NCBI GenBank assembly: GCA_035571515.1
Contig: DATNCQ010000037.1
Location: 2,823 to 66,822 of the forward strand
Length of the DNA stretch: 64,000 nt
Direction: 5' to 3'
From: Vicinamibacterales bacterium
GTDB lineage: Bacteria > Acidobacteriota > Vicinamibacteria > Vicinamibacterales > UBA2999
Of this stretch, positions 63,264 to 64,000 are shown piece by piece. The notes beneath the pieces are model-generated. The model saw nothing but the letters and a program-made list of their open reading frames with translations, was not told the DNA's origin and searched no databases. The number at the start of each line of letters is the position of its first letter. Position 1 is the stretch's first letter. Made by a program: the position numbers and the translations under genes.

Positions 63264-64000
63264 TCAAGGACGGGCCAGCTTGTAGCGGCGGCGCGCTCCA
63301 GCCAATCCGAACAGCCCGGTCGAAATCAGCATCAGCGATGCCGGTTCCGGTGTCGGGTTCACCAACGCCTGGTTGGCGATCGTCTGCGTCGACTGCGTGA
63401 AGTTGATGTCACCCGCGCCGGTGAAATCGAGGATCACCTGGGTGAACAGCGAATACGTCGGGTCCGTGTTCTCGAAGGTGGTCGTCGCGTCGCCGCCGAA
63501 GGTCTGCGTCGCGCCCGCCGTGTGATTGAACGTCTGCACGCCCGTGGCGGTGCCCACGTTGTCGCCAATCGTCTCCAGCGCGCCGACCGAGGCCTGCTCG
63601 GTTCCGAGTGCCGGGACGGTGTCGCCGCCGGCGATCCACGAGTTGGTAGTCACCTTGAGGGCGGAAGTGGCGCCGCACGCCGTTGCCCCGCCGAAGGGCG
63701 GGCCGCCGCAGAACGTGCCCGTGATGTTGTTGTTGACGGACAGACTCTGCGTGTTGCCAGCGGTCGCGCCGGCGTAGCCCGTGTCCTCCAGCGTCAGGCG
63801 CACTTTGGCCGAACCTGTCGTCGTCATGTTGAACGACTGCAGATACAGCTCTCCGAGCACCCCGTCCGCGTTCGGGAGCACCGGCTTGGAGATGCCGAAC
63901 GTCAGGCTCCACGAGACGCTGCTGTTCAGCGGCATCAACGTGACCTGGATCATCCCGTCGGGGGATCCGGGTAGCCCGTTCTCATCACCGGGACCGCCGT
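63264..64000 (-). CDS. PEP-CTERM sorting-domain protein (N-terminus outside the window)
   Basis: C-terminus NPTPEPASLMLISTGLFGLAGARRRYKLARP. The frame stays open upstream of the listed ATG (63953) to the window edge (..GGPGDENGLPGSPDG-MIQ..). Confidence 0.8.
   Translation of the reverse strand, partial: GGPGDENGLPGSPDGMIQVTLMPLNSSVSWSLTFGISKPVLPNADGVLGELYLQSFNMTTTGSAKVRLTLEDTGYAGATAGNTQSLSVNNNITGTFCGGPPFGGATACGATSALKVTTNSWIAGGDTVPALGTEQASVGALETIGDNVGTATGVQTFNHTAGATQTFGGDATTTFENTDPTYSLFTQVILDFTGAGDINFTQSTQTIANQALVNPTPEPASLMLISTGLFGLAGARRRYKLARP

Noticed and set aside
1-64000. Search for CRISPR arrays, tRNA/rRNA genes, IS elements, integrases, prophage or toxin-antitoxin modules
   Set aside because: I saw no short regular direct repeats, no cloverleaf-like or rRNA-like segments in the few intergenic regions, and no transposase, integrase or phage-like ORFs. 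Intergenic regions are explained by promoters and terminators.

Overview
Visibly GC-rich bacterial chromosomal DNA with strong third-position GC bias and many long Arg/Ala-rich antisense shadow ORFs. I saw no rRNA, tRNA, CRISPR array, transposase or integrase. Almost the whole window is one very large XrtA-type PEP-CTERM/exosortase exopolysaccharide (EPS) locus. It has three parts. (1) 1-12.5 kb holds flanking genes (aminopeptidase-like, YvcK-like), a PEP-CTERM cargo protein, two other secreted proteins, a Wzx-like flippase and accessory genes. (2) 12.8-24.2 kb is an eight-gene plus-strand operon: ATP-grasp, flavoprotein, GT-C-like membrane protein, DUF362, HAD-UbiA fusion, AsnB, adenylating ligase and a NadE-like PP-loop enzyme. 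(3) 24.2-63.1 kb is a run of about 34 co-directional minus-strand genes, many with 4-nt start/stop overlaps. From the top of that run down it encodes PrsT TPR lipoprotein, an exosortase-EpsI fusion, Wza-like exporter, OM beta-barrel, chain-length determinant, ExeA-like ATPase, BY-kinase-like ATPase and a priming sugar transferase. These are followed by a WbpB/D/E-like trio, glycosyltransferases, deacetylases, an FkbH-like protein, a Wzy-like polymerase and two carbamoyltransferases. A second PEP-CTERM gene runs off the 3' end. The most interesting points are listed here. (a) A set of sigma-54 type -24/-12 elements (GG-N10-GC) sits in front of the cargo genes, the plus-strand operon and the export operon. 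(b) Two paralogous degenerate GGDEF-like modules keep the RxxD I-site; one is fused to the priming sugar transferase. (c) A polyprenyl-phosphate phosphoribosyltransferase-like HAD-UbiA fusion lies next to a GT-C-like protein. (d) There is a carbamoyltransferase/DUF5989/SxtJ triad, including a 49-aa ORF absent from the ORF track. (e) An FkbH-like protein carries a Cys-rich N-terminal domain I cannot place. All family calls come from motif recognition by eye; no database search was run.
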